From Candidatus Hadarchaeota archaeon (GTDB lineage Archaea; Hadarchaeota; Hadarchaeia; Hadarchaeales; Hadarchaeaceae), in contig CAZETV010000001.1 in assembly GCA_964514965.1 (NCBI GenBank), forward strand, positions 573,063-605,062: DNA of 32,000 nt, written 5' to 3'. Positions 16,660 through 25,552 of the stretch are shown in pieces. Both the position numbers and the translations under genes were made by a program. The notes beneath the pieces were generated by a model, which was not told the origin of the DNA, searched no databases, and saw only the letters and a program-made list of their open reading frames with translations. Numbering within the stretch: position 1 is the stretch's first letter; the number at the start of each line of letters is the position of its first letter.

Positions 16660-17139
16660 TCAATGTTTTCCATATATCGAATTGAATAGCTTCACTATTG
16701 GGGTCAATAGAATTCTCACGACACGACGCAACATTTCAGATTTTTCAATTGTGTGGGCTATTGGAGGAGACAACTTGTAGTATAAACGAACAAACATTTC
16801 CCCCGTGCGATTTTGTAATAGGAACACGTCCCTGAATTTCCTAAGTATGTTTACTTCATACGCCATAGGGGTCCCAAAAGTTGCCGTTGCAATAAAACAT
16901 CCCCCACCTCTTCGCTCAAGCGACTCTTTCCATTCCATTCCACAACTTGGACAACGAAATTCAATGTGTGGAACGGTCCTAGTTCGTTTTTTGAAAAAGG
17001 TTCTCTCTTCTTTATCCACATCTACTTTACCCAAGAGGTCCATTGGTTTATAGCAGTCCGGGCAAACAACAACCGGGAGACCGATTGGAACCTTAGGTTT
17101 ACTTTTTGGATTCTCTTCTTTCTTCTTCATAATGCGCAC
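16660..17139 (-). CDS. Zinc-ribbon protein with a C-terminal CFIATA-box domain; function unknown
   Basis: Two CxxC pairs (CPDC at aa 26-29, CPSC at aa 63-66). These are followed by GGGCFIATATFGTPMAYEVNILRKFRDVFLL...YYKLSPPIA. No signal peptide or TM helix is visible. Start is either GTG 17139 or ATG 17130. Confidence 0.6.
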   Translation of the reverse strand: MRIMKKKEENPKSKPKVPIGLPVVVCPDCYKPMDLLGKVDVDKEERTFFKKRTRTVPHIEFRCPSCGMEWKESLERRGGGCFIATATFGTPMAYEVNILRKFRDVFLLQNRTGEMFVRLYYKLSPPIAHTIEKSEMLRRVVRILLTPIVKLFNSIYGKH

Positions 17140-17293
17140 ATTTAGTAAGTCTCTACATTATTTAAATACCTTCTGAGTCCATTTGGCCAATAGTCTCCTA
17201 CTGTGACGTTTAGCCTAAGAATTAGCCTTTTTTAAAACGATTGCAAAGCGACCCAGTTTAAATTAAAAGCAAACGCATGTTAAAAACGAGGCG

Positions 17294-19093
17294 ATGAAGA
17301 TGACCGAGAGAAAAATCCGCCAGCCCATAATTTCGGTTCTCGGGCACGTCGACCACGGCAAGACCTTATTGCTGGATAGCATCAGAGGTACGGCAGTCGC
17401 GGCCAGAGAGTCAGGTGGAATTTCCCAGCACATCGGGGCGACCGAGGTCCCAGCGGAAACCATCAAACAAACTTGTGGTGCTCTTCTTGAGAAATTTAAA
17501 ATAAAGTTGACTCTTCCTGGACTGCTATTCATTGACACTCCTGGACACGAAGCTTTTACCAACCTGCGCCGTCGCGGGGGGGCACTCGCCGACCTCGCTG
17601 CTTTGGTCGTTGACATCAATGAAGGCTTCATGCCTCAGACGCTTGAATCGTTAACGATTTTGAAATCGTACAAAACTCCCTTCATGCTTGTCGCGAACAA
17701 AATCGACCTTTTGCCGCGGTGGCAACCCTCGCCCAAGGCATGCTTTATTGATTCGTTCGCCCGCCAGCGCGTTGAGGTGCAGAACGCGCTTGACAACAAG
17801 ATTTACGAGTTAATCGGAAAACTCCACGAGCTGGGCTTCGAGGCCGAACGGTTCGACCGAGTGAACGATTTTAGAAAGCAGGTGGGCATCGTCTCGGCAA
17901 GCGCCAAGACCGGTGAGGGGGTGCCCGAAGTGCTTACCATACTGGCTGGTTTGGCGCAGCGATTTCTCGAAAAGGAGTTGGTGATAGAAGTGACGGGCCC
18001 GGCGCGGGGGACTGTGCTTGAGGTGAAAGAGGAGGTCGGGCTAGGGAAAGTCATTGACGTTATCGTGTACGATGGCACGTTCACTAAGGGGAATACATTT
18101 GCCGTAGGAGGGCTCGATAAAGTGATTATCTCTAAGGTTCGCGCCCTGCTCCAACCGAAGCCGCTCGACGAAATCCGTGATCCTGAAGACAAGTTCAAAC
18201 TAGTCGAGCGTGTGTCCGCGGCGGCCGGAGTTAAAGTCGCAGCACCCAATCTTGAGGGAGTCGTCGCTGGGGGCCCGCTATGGGTGATTGAGAATACATC
18301 AGAGGCGGAAAAACTTTGGCAGGAACTCCAACAAGAGATGGAGCGCATTCGGATAAGTACGGACGCCAAAGGGGTCGTGCTTAAAGCAGATGCTTTGGGT
18401 TCGCTTGAAGCGCTTGAGGGTCAACTCAAAGCTAAGGGCATATCCATCCGCCGTGCAGATATTGGCGATGTTTCGAGACGTGATGTGGTCGAGGCAGCGA
18501 GCGTGGTGAAGAGTGACCCCCTTCTTGGAGTGGTGCTAGCATTCAACGTGAAAGTCTCACCCGATGCGCAAATCGGGGCAGAGCGCGAGGGGGTTCCCGT
18601 GTTGCATGATGAAATCATCTACAAGCTCTTGGAGAGCTACGAAAATTGGACAAAAAAGAAACGCGAGGAGATTCGGGAAAAGCGTCTCGAGGTTTACATC
18701 AGGCCGGGAAAGTTCGCGTTGAAGCCTGGTTATATTTTCAGACGAAGCCACCCTGCAATTGTCGGAGTAGATGTGCTGGGGGGAGTGCTCAAGCCAAAAT
18801 ACCCGCTCATGCGCAGGGACGGGCACTCGGTCGGCACAATTCGCGGATTACAAAAAGAAAAGCAATCGGTGCAAGAGGCGAAGCTAGGGGACGAACTCGC
18901 GGTCTCGATCGAGGGTGGGGTGATCGGGCGCAACTTTCGGGAGGATGATATTCTATACACAGATGTTCCAAGAGAGCATGTGATCTCCTTGAAGCGGAAC
19001 CTACCAGACCTACTTTCGGGTGATGAGCTGGCGGTATTAGATGAGATAATTGCAATTAAACAGCAAGAAGACCCAACTTACGGGGTAATGTAA
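17294..19093 (+). CDS. infB: Translation initiation factor aIF5B (IF2-like GTPase)
   Basis: G1 GHVDHGKT, G3 DTPGHEAF and G4 NKID motifs. Length is 599 aa with the typical aIF5B domain order. Confidence 0.9.
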   Translation: MKMTERKIRQPIISVLGHVDHGKTLLLDSIRGTAVAARESGGISQHIGATEVPAETIKQTCGALLEKFKIKLTLPGLLFIDTPGHEAFTNLRRRGGALADLAALVVDINEGFMPQTLESLTILKSYKTPFMLVANKIDLLPRWQPSPKACFIDSFARQRVEVQNALDNKIYELIGKLHELGFEAERFDRVNDFRKQVGIVSASAKTGEGVPEVLTILAGLAQRFLEKELVIEVTGPARGTVLEVKEEVGLGKVIDVIVYDGTFTKGNTFAVGGLDKVIISKVRALLQPKPLDEIRDPEDKFKLVERVSAAAGVKVAAPNLEGVVAGGPLWVIENTSEAEKLWQELQQEMERIRISTDAKGVVLKADALGSLEALEGQLKAKGISIRRADIGDVSRRDVVEAASVVKSDPLLGVVLAFNVKVSPDAQIGAEREGVPVLHDEIIYKLLESYENWTKKKREEIREKRLEVYIRPGKFALKPGYIFRRSHPAIVGVDVLGGVLKPKYPLMRRDGHSVGTIRGLQKEKQSVQEAKLGDELAVSIEGGVIGRNFREDDILYTDVPREHVISLKRNLPDLLSGDELAVLDEIIAIKQQEDPTYGVM

Positions 19094-19260
19094 TCAGAAA
19101 AAATGTCTATTACACACCTTTTGAATTGTTGGACATTTGAAAGGAGCGCATTAACTTTGTTACTTCTCGTGCGACTAATTATTTTATCTATCAAGAACTC
19201 GAAAAGGTTTTATGAGTGTAGGAGTAATTGGCATGTTTACTGATTACGGTGTGTGGTGTA

Positions 19261-19662
19261 ATGGTGTTCAAGGTCGTAGTCGCTGACCCCGAGACAGGCA
19301 AGGGCTATCCTCTCGAGGCTCGTGAGCCAGATGCTCGAAAGCTGGTCGGGCTTCGGATAGGGGACAAGTTCGATGGAGCGGTCGTGGGACTCTCAGGGTA
19401 CGAGCTCCAACTCACGGGCGGAACCGATAAAGATGGCTTCCCCATGCGCCTAGATATCTACGGTCCGGGGAGAACTAGCGTCTTGCTGGCTAGCGGCCCT
19501 GGATTTTCTCCGCGAAGGAGAGGAGAGCGCCGCCGAAAGCGAGTTCGGGGTTCTAGAATCTCCGATGCAATCGTGCAGGTCAACGCGAAAATCGTGAAAC
19601 GTGGGGAAAAGCCCATCGAGGAGTTCTTGCCCCCAAAGAAAGCTGAGGCGAAGACGACCTAA
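19261..19662 (+). CDS. rps6e: 30S ribosomal protein eS6
   Basis: MVFKVVVADPETGKGYPLE is the conserved S6e N-terminus, followed by GGTDKDGFPMR. The track ORF start at 19228 adds 11 non-conserved residues from a TTG. Confidence 0.9.
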   Translation: MVFKVVVADPETGKGYPLEAREPDARKLVGLRIGDKFDGAVVGLSGYELQLTGGTDKDGFPMRLDIYGPGRTSVLLASGPGFSPRRRGERRRKRVRGSRISDAIVQVNAKIVKRGEKPIEEFLPPKKAEAKTT

Positions 19663-19776
19663 TCTAAAGATTAAGGAGTCACGCTTTCACATGTTTCAGT
19701 AAAAACGTCGCGCGCGTTATAGCCGAGCGTGTGCGTTTTATATTCAGTAAGCAGAAAATTTGAGCAAGGTATCCAA

Positions 19777-20991
19777 ATGACTCAAGCCGTCGTTAACATA
19801 GGTCTCGTTGGGCATATCGATCACGGGAAGACCACTCTCACGGAAGCGCTTTCTGGTGTTTGGACTGATGTGCACAGCGAGGAAATCCGCCGAGGCATCT
19901 CAATCCGTTTGGGATATGCGGATACTTCGTTTATGAAGTGTACTGAGTGCAATCGGTACAGCACCAAGGAGAAGTGCCCTTTCTGTGGGGGCCGAACAGA
20001 ATTCCTTCGTCGCATCTCGTTCGTTGATGCTCCAGGGCACGAGATGCTCATGGCCACTATGCTATCGGGCGCAGCAATAATGAACGGAGCCATGCTTGTG
20101 ATAGCTGCGAATGAGCCCTGCCCCCAGCCCCAAACGAAAGAACACTTGATGGCCCTCAATCTAATCAGTGTGCGCAATGTTGTGGTGGCGCAGAATAAAA
20201 TCGAACTAGTCTCACGAGAGAAGGTGATGCAGAATTACCAGCAGATCAAGAAGTTCCTCTCGGACACTTTCGCCGCCGATGCTCCCATAATCCCAATATC
20301 CGCCATTCACCGCGCAAACATCGATACGCTGATTCAGGCAATTGAGGAGCATATCCCGACCCCGCAGCGAGACCTCTCGAAGCCCGCGCGGATGCATGTC
20401 GCTCGCTCATTCGACGTCAATCACCCGGGCGCCAAGCCAGAAAAATTGGTCGGGGGAGTCTTGGGCGGTTCGCTCCTTCAAGGAAAGCTTCACGAGGGTG
20501 AGGAAATAGAGATTCGCCCCGGCATACGAGTGAGCCGGGAGGGAAAGACTACGTGGCAACCCTTAGACTCAAAGATAGTGAGCTTACACACAGGTAGAAA
20601 CCGGATTGAGGAGGTTATGCCGGGTGGTCTTATCGGCGTTGGCACCGAGCTTGATCCCTCGCTGACCAAAGGTGATTCACTCGTGGGCTCGATGGCAGGG
20701 GCGTCTGGAAGCTTGCCCGAGGTGCTGGAGACGATCGAGTTAGAGATCCACCTGATGAAGCGCGTCGTGGGACTTCCCAAGGAACTTGAGGTAAAACCCT
20801 TGGTCACGGGTGAGCCTTTGATGTTGAATGTTGGGACGGCGATGACCGTGGGTACGATGTCGAGTGCCAAGGGAGGCCGAGCTAACATCAAACTCAAGCT
20901 GCCAGTCTGCACTTACCGAGGGGCCAGAGTCGCACTGAGTCGACGCGTCGCTGGAAGATGGCGTCTGATTGGCTACGGCATTATAAGTTGA
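19777..20991 (+). CDS. eif2g: Translation initiation factor aIF2 gamma subunit
   Basis: [15 protein letters not shown], a zinc knuckle [24 protein letters not shown] and QNKIE. ATG 19777 gives the conserved N-terminus, and TTTTATATT lies about 35-40 nt upstream. Confidence 0.9.
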   Translation: MTQAVVNIGLVGHIDHGKTTLTEALSGVWTDVHSEEIRRGISIRLGYADTSFMKCTECNRYSTKEKCPFCGGRTEFLRRISFVDAPGHEMLMATMLSGAAIMNGAMLVIAANEPCPQPQTKEHLMALNLISVRNVVVAQNKIELVSREKVMQNYQQIKKFLSDTFAADAPIIPISAIHRANIDTLIQAIEEHIPTPQRDLSKPARMHVARSFDVNHPGAKPEKLVGGVLGGSLLQGKLHEGEEIEIRPGIRVSREGKTTWQPLDSKIVSLHTGRNRIEEVMPGGLIGVGTELDPSLTKGDSLVGSMAGASGSLPEVLETIELEIHLMKRVVGLPKELEVKPLVTGEPLMLNVGTAMTVGTMSSAKGGRANIKLKLPVCTYRGARVALSRRVAGRWRLIGYGIIS

Positions 20992-21003
20992 AGAGGAATT
21001 TAG

Positions 21004-21393
21004 TTGCAGGTTATCGCAGACACGAGCTTCCTCATGATTCCCGGTATGTTTAGCGTGGATATAGTGAGGGAACTCGACAGGTTGTTTGAACAACCCTATG
21101 AACTCATCATCCCAAGTCCAGTCCTTCAAGAGCTTAGGCAAATTTCCGAGCGGGGCAAGCTAAAGGAGCATACGGCAGCCAAAATTGGATTGATTCTAGC
21201 TAAACTTGGGAAGGTCACAAAAGTCAAGGGTGCAGCGGATGATGTAATACTGAACTTGGCACTCAATGGAGGCTATGTGGTGGGAACGACTGATGCAGCT
21301 CTGCGAAAAAACCTCCGGCGTTGTGGAGTGCCAGTAATATATTTACGACAGAAGTCTCATCTTGCAATAGATGGTTGGATTCAAGAAGGTTAA
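21004..21393 (+). CDS. PIN-domain protein (Fcf1/Utp24-like, COG1412-type)
   Basis: The acidic N-terminal VIADTSFLMIP, a later GTTD and a 129-aa size fit a PIN domain. Its position directly after aIF2-gamma matches the conserved archaeal neighbourhood. Confidence 0.75.
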   Translation: MQVIADTSFLMIPGMFSVDIVRELDRLFEQPYELIIPSPVLQELRQISERGKLKEHTAAKIGLILAKLGKVTKVKGAADDVILNLALNGGYVVGTTDAALRKNLRRCGVPVIYLRQKSHLAIDGWIQEG

Positions 21394-21414
21394 ATTTCCT
21401 CAAGAGGTCGTAAA

Positions 21415-23445
21415 ATGGTCGGATTTGAACCAGTGATGTTGGCGCCGATAGCGGGTGTTTTGGCCCTCGCGTTCGCTGGGTACTTAACCGTCAGGATCAT
21501 GCGACAGCCTGTTGGGTCCGAGCGAATGCGGGAACTCTCCGAAACCATCCACCGGGGAGCGATGACTTTTCTGAACAAGGAGTATCAAGTGATGATTGTC
21601 TATGCGGTTATCGTGGCGGCGATCTTACTGCTGGTCGTGAACTATCAGACTGCAACAGCATTCGTGACTGGGGCATTTTTCTCAGCGCTGGCGGGTAACA
21701 TCGGAATGCGCGTGGCGACCAAGTCGAACGCTCGAACGGCAATGGCAGCTAAGAAAGGTATTAGCAAAGGACTCATAATTGGGTTCTCCAGCGGCGCGGT
21801 GATGGGAATGTGTGTCGTGGGGCTGGGGATATTGGGCGTAAGCATTTTCTACTACCTGTTCGAAACACCTGGGATAATAGTTGGTTTCGGCTTCGGGGCA
21901 AGTTCGATAGCACTGTTCGCACGTGTTGGCGGAGGCATCTACACAAAATCGGCGGACATGGGCGCAGATTTAGTCGGGAAGGTTGAGGCCCGAATTCCCG
22001 AGGATGACCCACGAAATCCAGCGGTGATTGCAGACAACGTGGGCGACAATGTTGGGGATGTCGCTGGAATGGGAGCGGACCTGTTTGAATCATACGTGGG
22101 CTCCATCATCGCGGCCATGGTGATAGGTTTCACCGGGGTCACCGTTGGAGGCGTCGTGCTCAACCAAACGGATGCAGTGGTGCTCCCCATGCTGCTCGCT
22201 GCAGTCGGAATTTTCTGCTCAATCATAGCAACATTTTTCGTGCAAACGAAAAGGGGTGCTGGGATAAAAGCACTACACGCTGCGCTAAACAAGGGGGTAT
22301 TTGGAAGCGCCATCTTGATAGCCGTGGCATCGTTCTTTCTGATATGGTATCTCGTTGGTACAGTGGAGATATTTTGGGCAATGCTTGCCGGCTTAGTGGC
22401 GGGGATTATAATTGGGCTTTCTGCGGAGTACTACACTGAAAATAGATTTCCACCAGTACAGTCAATTGCTATATCATCTCAGACTGGCCCCGCGACGAAC
22501 GTCATTAGTGGCTTTTCAGTTGGAATGCTCAGCACCATGATTCCAATTATCGCAGTTATTGGCGCAATTTCATTTGCTTACTACATCACCTTACCAAATG
22601 GATTATACGGAATTGCGATTGCCGCGGTGGGCATGCTCAGCACATTGGGTATAACTCTCGCCACGGATACTTACGGCCCAGTCGCAGACAATGCCGCTGG
22701 AATTGCCGAGATGTCTAAGATGGGACAAACAGTACGCAAGCGTGCCGAGCGACTGGATGCCGTTGGAAACACAACTGCCGCAATCGGCAAAGGCTTCGCA
22801 ATCGGCTCGGCAGCGTTGACGGCACTTGCACTTTTTTCAGCTTATACCCAAGGAATGGCTGATGCAGGGGTAACTATGAATCTCAGCATAACTAATCCAG
22901 CAGTAATTGTCGGACTGTTTATAGGAGGGATGTTACCGTTCTTGTTCTGTGCGCTCACCATGCGGGCAGTGAGTAGGGGAGCTTCTCTAATCGTGGACGA
23001 AGTGCGAAGACAGTTCCGAACTATCCCTGGGTTGATGAAGGGAAATGCGAAGCCAGACTACAACCGGTGTATCAGGATTAGTACCTCTGCCGCTCTTGGA
23101 AACATGGTATTTCCGGCCGCGCTGGCTATTCTTACTCCCGTCGCGGTGGGCATTGTTAATCCTGAGGCGCTAGGGGGCCTGCTTGCAGGATCGATAGTCA
23201 CGGGTCTGCTGCTAGCAATTACTCTTGCAAACTCCGGTGGAGCTTGGGACAACGCGAAGAAGTACATCGAAGATGGGCATCTGGGTGGAAAGGGAAGTGA
23301 AACTCATGCGGCTTCGGTGATAGGCGATACCGTCGGAGACCCGTTCAAAGACACCTCGGGTCCCTCGCTTAACATCCTGATTAAGCTCATGTCCATGGTG
23401 TCCTTGCTATTCGTCCCGCTGCTGTTGAAGATTTGGGGTGTATGA
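21415..23445 (+). CDS. hppA: Membrane-bound proton-translocating pyrophosphatase, K+-dependent-type signature
   Basis: GGGIYTKSADMGADLVGKVE, DNVGDNVGDVAGMGADLFES and DTVGDPFKDTSGPSLNILIKL. It has about 16 hydrophobic helices. GNTTAAIGKG carries Ala rather than Lys at the position known to distinguish K+-dependent from K+-independent enzymes. Confidence 0.95.
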   Translation: MVGFEPVMLAPIAGVLALAFAGYLTVRIMRQPVGSERMRELSETIHRGAMTFLNKEYQVMIVYAVIVAAILLLVVNYQTATAFVTGAFFSALAGNIGMRVATKSNARTAMAAKKGISKGLIIGFSSGAVMGMCVVGLGILGVSIFYYLFETPGIIVGFGFGASSIALFARVGGGIYTKSADMGADLVGKVEARIPEDDPRNPAVIADNVGDNVGDVAGMGADLFESYVGSIIAAMVIGFTGVTVGGVVLNQTDAVVLPMLLAAVGIFCSIIATFFVQTKRGAGIKALHAALNKGVFGSAILIAVASFFLIWYLVGTVEIFWAMLAGLVAGIIIGLSAEYYTENRFPPVQSIAISSQTGPATNVISGFSVGMLSTMIPIIAVIGAISFAYYITLPNGLYGIAIAAVGMLSTLGITLATDTYGPVADNAAGIAEMSKMGQTVRKRAERLDAVGNTTAAIGKGFAIGSAALTALALFSAYTQGMADAGVTMNLSITNPAVIVGLFIGGMLPFLFCALTMRAVSRGASLIVDEVRRQFRTIPGLMKGNAKPDYNRCIRISTSAALGNMVFPAALAILTPVAVGIVNPEALGGLLAGSIVTGLLLAITLANSGGAWDNAKKYIEDGHLGGKGSETHAASVIGDTVGDPFKDTSGPSLNILIKLMSMVSLLFVPLLLKIWGV

Positions 23446-23454
23446 TGTGATCAA

Positions 23455-23460
23455 TTTTTT
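23455..23460 (+). terminator. T6 tract just after the hppA stop
   Basis: TTTTTT lies 10 nt downstream of the hppA TGA (23443-23445). Oligo-T is the known archaeal termination signal. Confidence 0.3.
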
Positions 23461-23630
23461 GAAAGATGTTAAACTTGGCCCTGATGTTCCGCAGAAATCG
23501 GGTTTACTCACGAAAAAGGGCAAAAAGTTAAAGGGAAAGGGAACTAAGATGCTCGAGTGGCGAAGACTAGACAATCACGCAAGGTGATCGTTCGCATCAT
23601 GAAGATTTGAAAAAATTTGAGGTAGATTGA

Positions 23631-24188
23631 ATGTACAAGATAGTAACCGTAAGTGATACCGTGCGGGTGCTCCCCAGCAGACTCGGTGAGCCTCTAGAAG
23701 AGGTAATTATCGATGTCCTGCGCAAGAACTACGAAGGGTTAACCGACAAAGACGTTGGCACAATACTCGCAATTACCGAACTCAAGGAGGTCGGCACGGG
23801 GCGCATAATCATGGGTGATGGGGCCAGCTATCACGATATCACCTTTGAGGCGCTTGTTTACAAGCCCGAGGTCAACGAGGTGGTGTTGGGTGAAGTGGTC
23901 GAAATCGTCGAATTTGGCGGATTCGTGCGTCTTGGGCCTATTGATGGTTTGGTACATGTCTCACAGGTGATGGACGACTTCGTAGGTTATGACAAGAAGA
24001 AGGGTGCACTCTACGGCAAGGAATCAAAACGAGCGCTGAAGGAAGGGGACAGAGTTCGTGCGCGCGTGGTCACGGTGAGTACACGACGGGCCCCCCATGG
24101 TGGGAAGATAGGGCTGACGATGCGTCAGTTTGGACTCGGCAAGCTCGAATGGATTGAAGAGGATGCCCACAAGGAGGCAAAGGCTTGA
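23631..24188 (+). CDS. rpoE: DNA-directed RNA polymerase subunit E' (Rpo7)
   Basis: N-terminus MYKIVTVSDTVRVLPSRLG, then an S1-like domain GEVVEIVEFGGFVRLGPIDGLVHVSQ. GAGGT lies 8 nt upstream of the ATG. Confidence 0.9.
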   Translation: MYKIVTVSDTVRVLPSRLGEPLEEVIIDVLRKNYEGLTDKDVGTILAITELKEVGTGRIIMGDGASYHDITFEALVYKPEVNEVVLGEVVEIVEFGGFVRLGPIDGLVHVSQVMDDFVGYDKKKGALYGKESKRALKEGDRVRARVVTVSTRRAPHGGKIGLTMRQFGLGKLEWIEEDAHKEAKA

Positions 24189-24370
24189 CCGAAAAGGCTT
24201 GCCGCAATTGTAATTTCATCACCGCGAAAAATACCTGCCCGGTTTGCGGGGGTGCATCGCTCTCGGAAGACTGGTCAGGATACATCGTCGTGCTCGACCC
24301 AGAGAATTCTGAAATCGCCAAGCGATTGAAGATTACCCAGCCCGGAAAGTACGCGCTGAAGGTTCGTTAA
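24185..24370 (+). CDS. spt4: Transcription elongation factor Spt4 (RpoE'')
   Basis: Zinc ribbon CRNCNFITAKNTCPVCGG, then W.GYIVVLDPENSEIAK. TTGA overlap with the rpoE stop. Confidence 0.85.
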   Translation: MTEKACRNCNFITAKNTCPVCGGASLSEDWSGYIVVLDPENSEIAKRLKITQPGKYALKVR

Positions 24371-24371
24371 G

Positions 24372-24878
24372 GTGTTAGAGCTACCCGGAGAATTGCGGTC
24401 ACTCCTGAAGCGTCCACTTGGTCAACTTTTCTCTAACGTTGCAACTGCGATTGAGCGCCTGAAGCAGCTCCGTCCGACTAGGTTAATCGCTGTCGGCGAT
24501 ATCGTTACCGCGGACTTGATCGAAGCTGGTATGAAGCTGGATGTGGCCGTGGTCGATTTCCTTGTGATGCGATCTCCTGTTGATAAAAAAATACGGCAAA
24601 CGATCGATTTGTTCGATGCAAAGATAGTTCGTGTAAAAAACCCCGCAGGAACTATAACTCAAGAATTGCGCACAGCCATCAATGAGGCAAAACCCCCCAT
24701 AAAAATCATCGTCGAGGGGGAAGAAGACCTCGCCACCCTACCAGCCTTGCTCTCCGCCCCACTAGGGTCGGTTGTCGTTTATGGGCAGCCAAACGAAGGG
24801 ATTGTAATCGTCGAAGTCACCGAACCCAAGCGCCACGAATTCGAAATGCTACTAGGGCAATTCAAGACCCGTAAGTGA
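24372..24878 (+). CDS. DUF359-family GTP-dependent dephospho-CoA kinase
   Basis: LRSLLKRPLGQLF, IAVGDIVTADL and VEGEEDLATLPALL are DUF359 hallmarks. Position between spt4 and rps24e is the conserved one. GTG start lies 1 nt after the spt4 stop. Confidence 0.75.
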   Translation: MLELPGELRSLLKRPLGQLFSNVATAIERLKQLRPTRLIAVGDIVTADLIEAGMKLDVAVVDFLVMRSPVDKKIRQTIDLFDAKIVRVKNPAGTITQELRTAINEAKPPIKIIVEGEEDLATLPALLSAPLGSVVVYGQPNEGIVIVEVTEPKRHEFEMLLGQFKTRK

Positions 24879-24969
24879 AACTTTCAAACAGTGAATAATC
24901 TCGAAAAATGGAGAACTAATTAACGGGAAAAAGTTTAATTTGGCTTAGCTTGAAAGGAAATGGGTTGAT

Positions 24970-25401
24970 ATGAAGGTCGAGATAATCGAGAAAACGGATA
25001 ACCCGCTATTCAAGCGCACTGAAATAAAATTCAAAGCTGATCATGCGGGGGAGCCAACTCCAAAGCGTTTGGACGTGCGCGTTCAGCTCGCGAACCAGCT
25101 GGGCGTCGCGGCGGAACTCATCGTTATCGAGAAGTTGGCGAGCACTCACGGTCGCCAAATGGCCTCTGGAATTGCCCGCGCTTACAGCTCCCGCGAACAA
25201 CTCGAAGGACTCGAACCCAAATTTTTGCTTCAACGAGGCATGCCAAAGGAAGCTAAGCCTGAGAAACCCCCGGAGAAAGCCGAGAAACCAAAAGAAGAAA
25301 TGAAAAAACCAAAAGATGAGAAAGTAGAGAAGCCGAAGGAAGAAAAATTCGAGGCTAAGGAAAAACCATCGGAGGCAGACGAAAGTGGCAAAGAAAGTTA
25401 A
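24970..25401 (+). CDS. rps24e: 30S ribosomal protein eS24 with a roughly 50-aa Lys/Glu/Pro-rich C-terminal extension
   Basis: The body of the protein, [33 protein letters not shown]...[20 protein letters not shown], is S24e. The tail is [43 protein letters not shown]... Confidence 0.9.
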   Translation: MKVEIIEKTDNPLFKRTEIKFKADHAGEPTPKRLDVRVQLANQLGVAAELIVIEKLASTHGRQMASGIARAYSSREQLEGLEPKFLLQRGMPKEAKPEKPPEKAEKPKEEMKKPKDEKVEKPKEEKFEAKEKPSEADESGKES

Positions 25402-25552
25402 GGCCGCAAAGGCAAAGTTCTACAAATCCGAGGGCGAAAAGTTGGAGCGTCTGCGTCTGACCTGCCCGCGCTGTGGTCCAGGAGTCTTCATGGCTGACCA
25501 TGGAAACCGCTTAGCGTGCGGGAAGTGCGGATATACTGATTTCAAGAAGTGA
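25385..25552 (+). CDS. rps27ae: 30S ribosomal protein eS31 (S27ae), 55 aa; absent from the supplied ORF track
   Basis: My own translation from GTG 25385 gives [55 protein letters not shown], with the stop at 25550-25552. The CPRCG...CGKCG zinc ribbon and GVFMADH are the S27ae signature. It overlaps the rps24e 3' end by 17 nt. Confidence 0.85.
   Translation: MAKKVKAAKAKFYKSEGEKLERLRLTCPRCGPGVFMADHGNRLACGKCGYTDFKK

Noticed and set aside
23442-23484. A C/D-box sRNA-like pattern, ATGATGT at 23442-23448 and CTGA at 23481-23484. A weaker AGATGAG...CTGA pair lies at 1866-1916.
   Set aside because: The C-box-like element overlaps the hppA stop codon. No C'/D' boxes or terminal stem are present, and the spacing is too short for two guide regions. 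These short motifs are expected by chance.
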